Assembly: GCA_964019335.1 (NCBI GenBank)
Contig: OZ025670.1
Coordinates: forward strand, 186,001-250,000
DNA: 64,000 nucleotides
Source: Diplonema japonicum
Lineage: Eukaryota; Protista; Euglenozoa: Diplonemea
Direction: 5' to 3'
Part shown: piece after piece, positions 63,220 through 64,000 of the stretch
Layout: every line of letters starts with the position of its first letter
Numbering within the stretch: position 1 is the first letter of the stretch
Notes under the pieces: model-generated
What the model was told of the DNA's origin: nothing
Database searches by the model: none
What the model saw: the letters and a program-made list of their open reading frames with translations, nothing else
Program-made: the position numbers and the translations under genes

Positions 63220-64000
63220 ATGGGATCCGAGAACACGTTCACGTTGAACATCAGTGTGACTCATGATGAGAAGAGGTACCTGGAGGACATAGAGGTCGAA
63301 GGGATTTTAGAGGACATGGTGAAAAGCTTGGTGAAAGCCCGTCCAGAGAAGGTAGAGACGTGGATGCGAGAATGGGACGGGACATCAGATACAACGAAAG
63401 CTGAAGAACGCCTGCCGGAATGGCGTGGCGAGACAAGGGGCTGGGAGGAGCTAGGGAGCGGGACTTACGGAAGGCTGTGGAGCGGTGTGGTAAACAACCA
63501 AAAGCTTCTGTTGGAAGAGGTGTCTGAGGAGTTCAAAAATCTTGTCCACGCATCTCAACCGTTTCCGAAAAACCCGTTTTTGCAAGATTTTTTAGGTTTC
63601 TACCACTCCGAAAATAAAATCTATTCCGCTGCAGCATTCCCAAGCTACACCACTGCCGATGTGTGGGTCTCCTCACTACCGCACAGGAACAAACTCCTCA
63701 CCCTCCACAACCTCCTCACCTTCACCAAAAACATCTCATCCGCTCTGTCAACATTGCATGACCATTGCCTGACACATCACTTTGTTTGCTTGAACAACAT
63801 TTACTTAAACTCTGAAGGGAGCTTTATTCTGTGGGATCCCGGCTTAGAAGCACGTGTTAAGAACCTTCCGAAAAAGGCATTCTCAGAAGATGTGAAGGGA
63901 TTGCAACGGTGTGTCGAGCAGATTGTACAATACAACCAAGGCCCTGCACTGCTAACGAATTGTCCTGAGGAGTTTCTAGAGGTGGTCGAAACCCGTGGTG
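63220..64000 (+). CDS. RIIa/Dpy-30-like docking domain fused to a pseudokinase (3' partial; absent from ORF track)
   Basis: Frame is open from ATG 63220 to the window end. RYLEDIEVEGILEDMVKSLVKARPE; LGSGTYGRLW; LHDHCLTHHFVCLNNIYL..LWDPG. Confidence 0.75.
   Translation, partial: MGSENTFTLNISVTHDEKRYLEDIEVEGILEDMVKSLVKARPEKVETWMREWDGTSDTTKAEERLPEWRGETRGWEELGSGTYGRLWSGVVNNQKLLLEEVSEEFKNLVHASQPFPKNPFLQDFLGFYHSENKIYSAAAFPSYTTADVWVSSLPHRNKLLTLHNLLTFTKNISSALSTLHDHCLTHHFVCLNNIYLNSEGSFILWDPGLEARVKNLPKKAFSEDVKGLQRCVEQIVQYNQGPALLTNCPEEFLEVVETRG

Noticed and set aside
1-64000. tRNA, rRNA, SL RNA or spliceosomal snRNA genes; non-canonical introns; stop-codon reassignment
   Set aside because: No cloverleaf, rRNA, SL or U-snRNA signature was recognised by eye. 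All resolved introns are GT-AG, and TAA, TAG and TGA all terminate conserved proteins at expected positions.

Overview
This window is eukaryotic nuclear DNA, most likely a euglenozoan of diplonemid type. That assignment is inferred from a BILBO1-like gene, single-hairpin AGA-box RNAs, unidirectional gene packing and cis-spliced introns. About 31 protein genes lie on the + strand, often 70-160 nt apart, with homopolymer-rich spacers and tiny 34-61 nt GT-AG introns. The main result is that the ~2 kb first intron of the KAE1/OSGEP gene (805-2837) is a tandem array of box C/D and AGA-box snoRNA candidates, one with two antisense elements to conserved 18S rRNA. Other non-coding signals are a candidate two-hairpin H/ACA RNA (55988-56184), a recurrent oriented GGTCGTTGCTAAC intergenic motif, a covarying hairpin in three copies, near-identical twin introns in ALY/REF, two TG..CA short elements, a fossil non-LTR RT fragment and three ~1.27 kb TIR transposons. 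Notable proteins are a kinesin-U-box fusion, a multi-QT (LC8-type) protein, a bacterial-type secreted M23 peptidase and an RIIa/Dpy-30-pseudokinase. There is a 200-N assembly gap at 4488-4687. All exon boundaries and RNA folds were derived by eye and are unverified.
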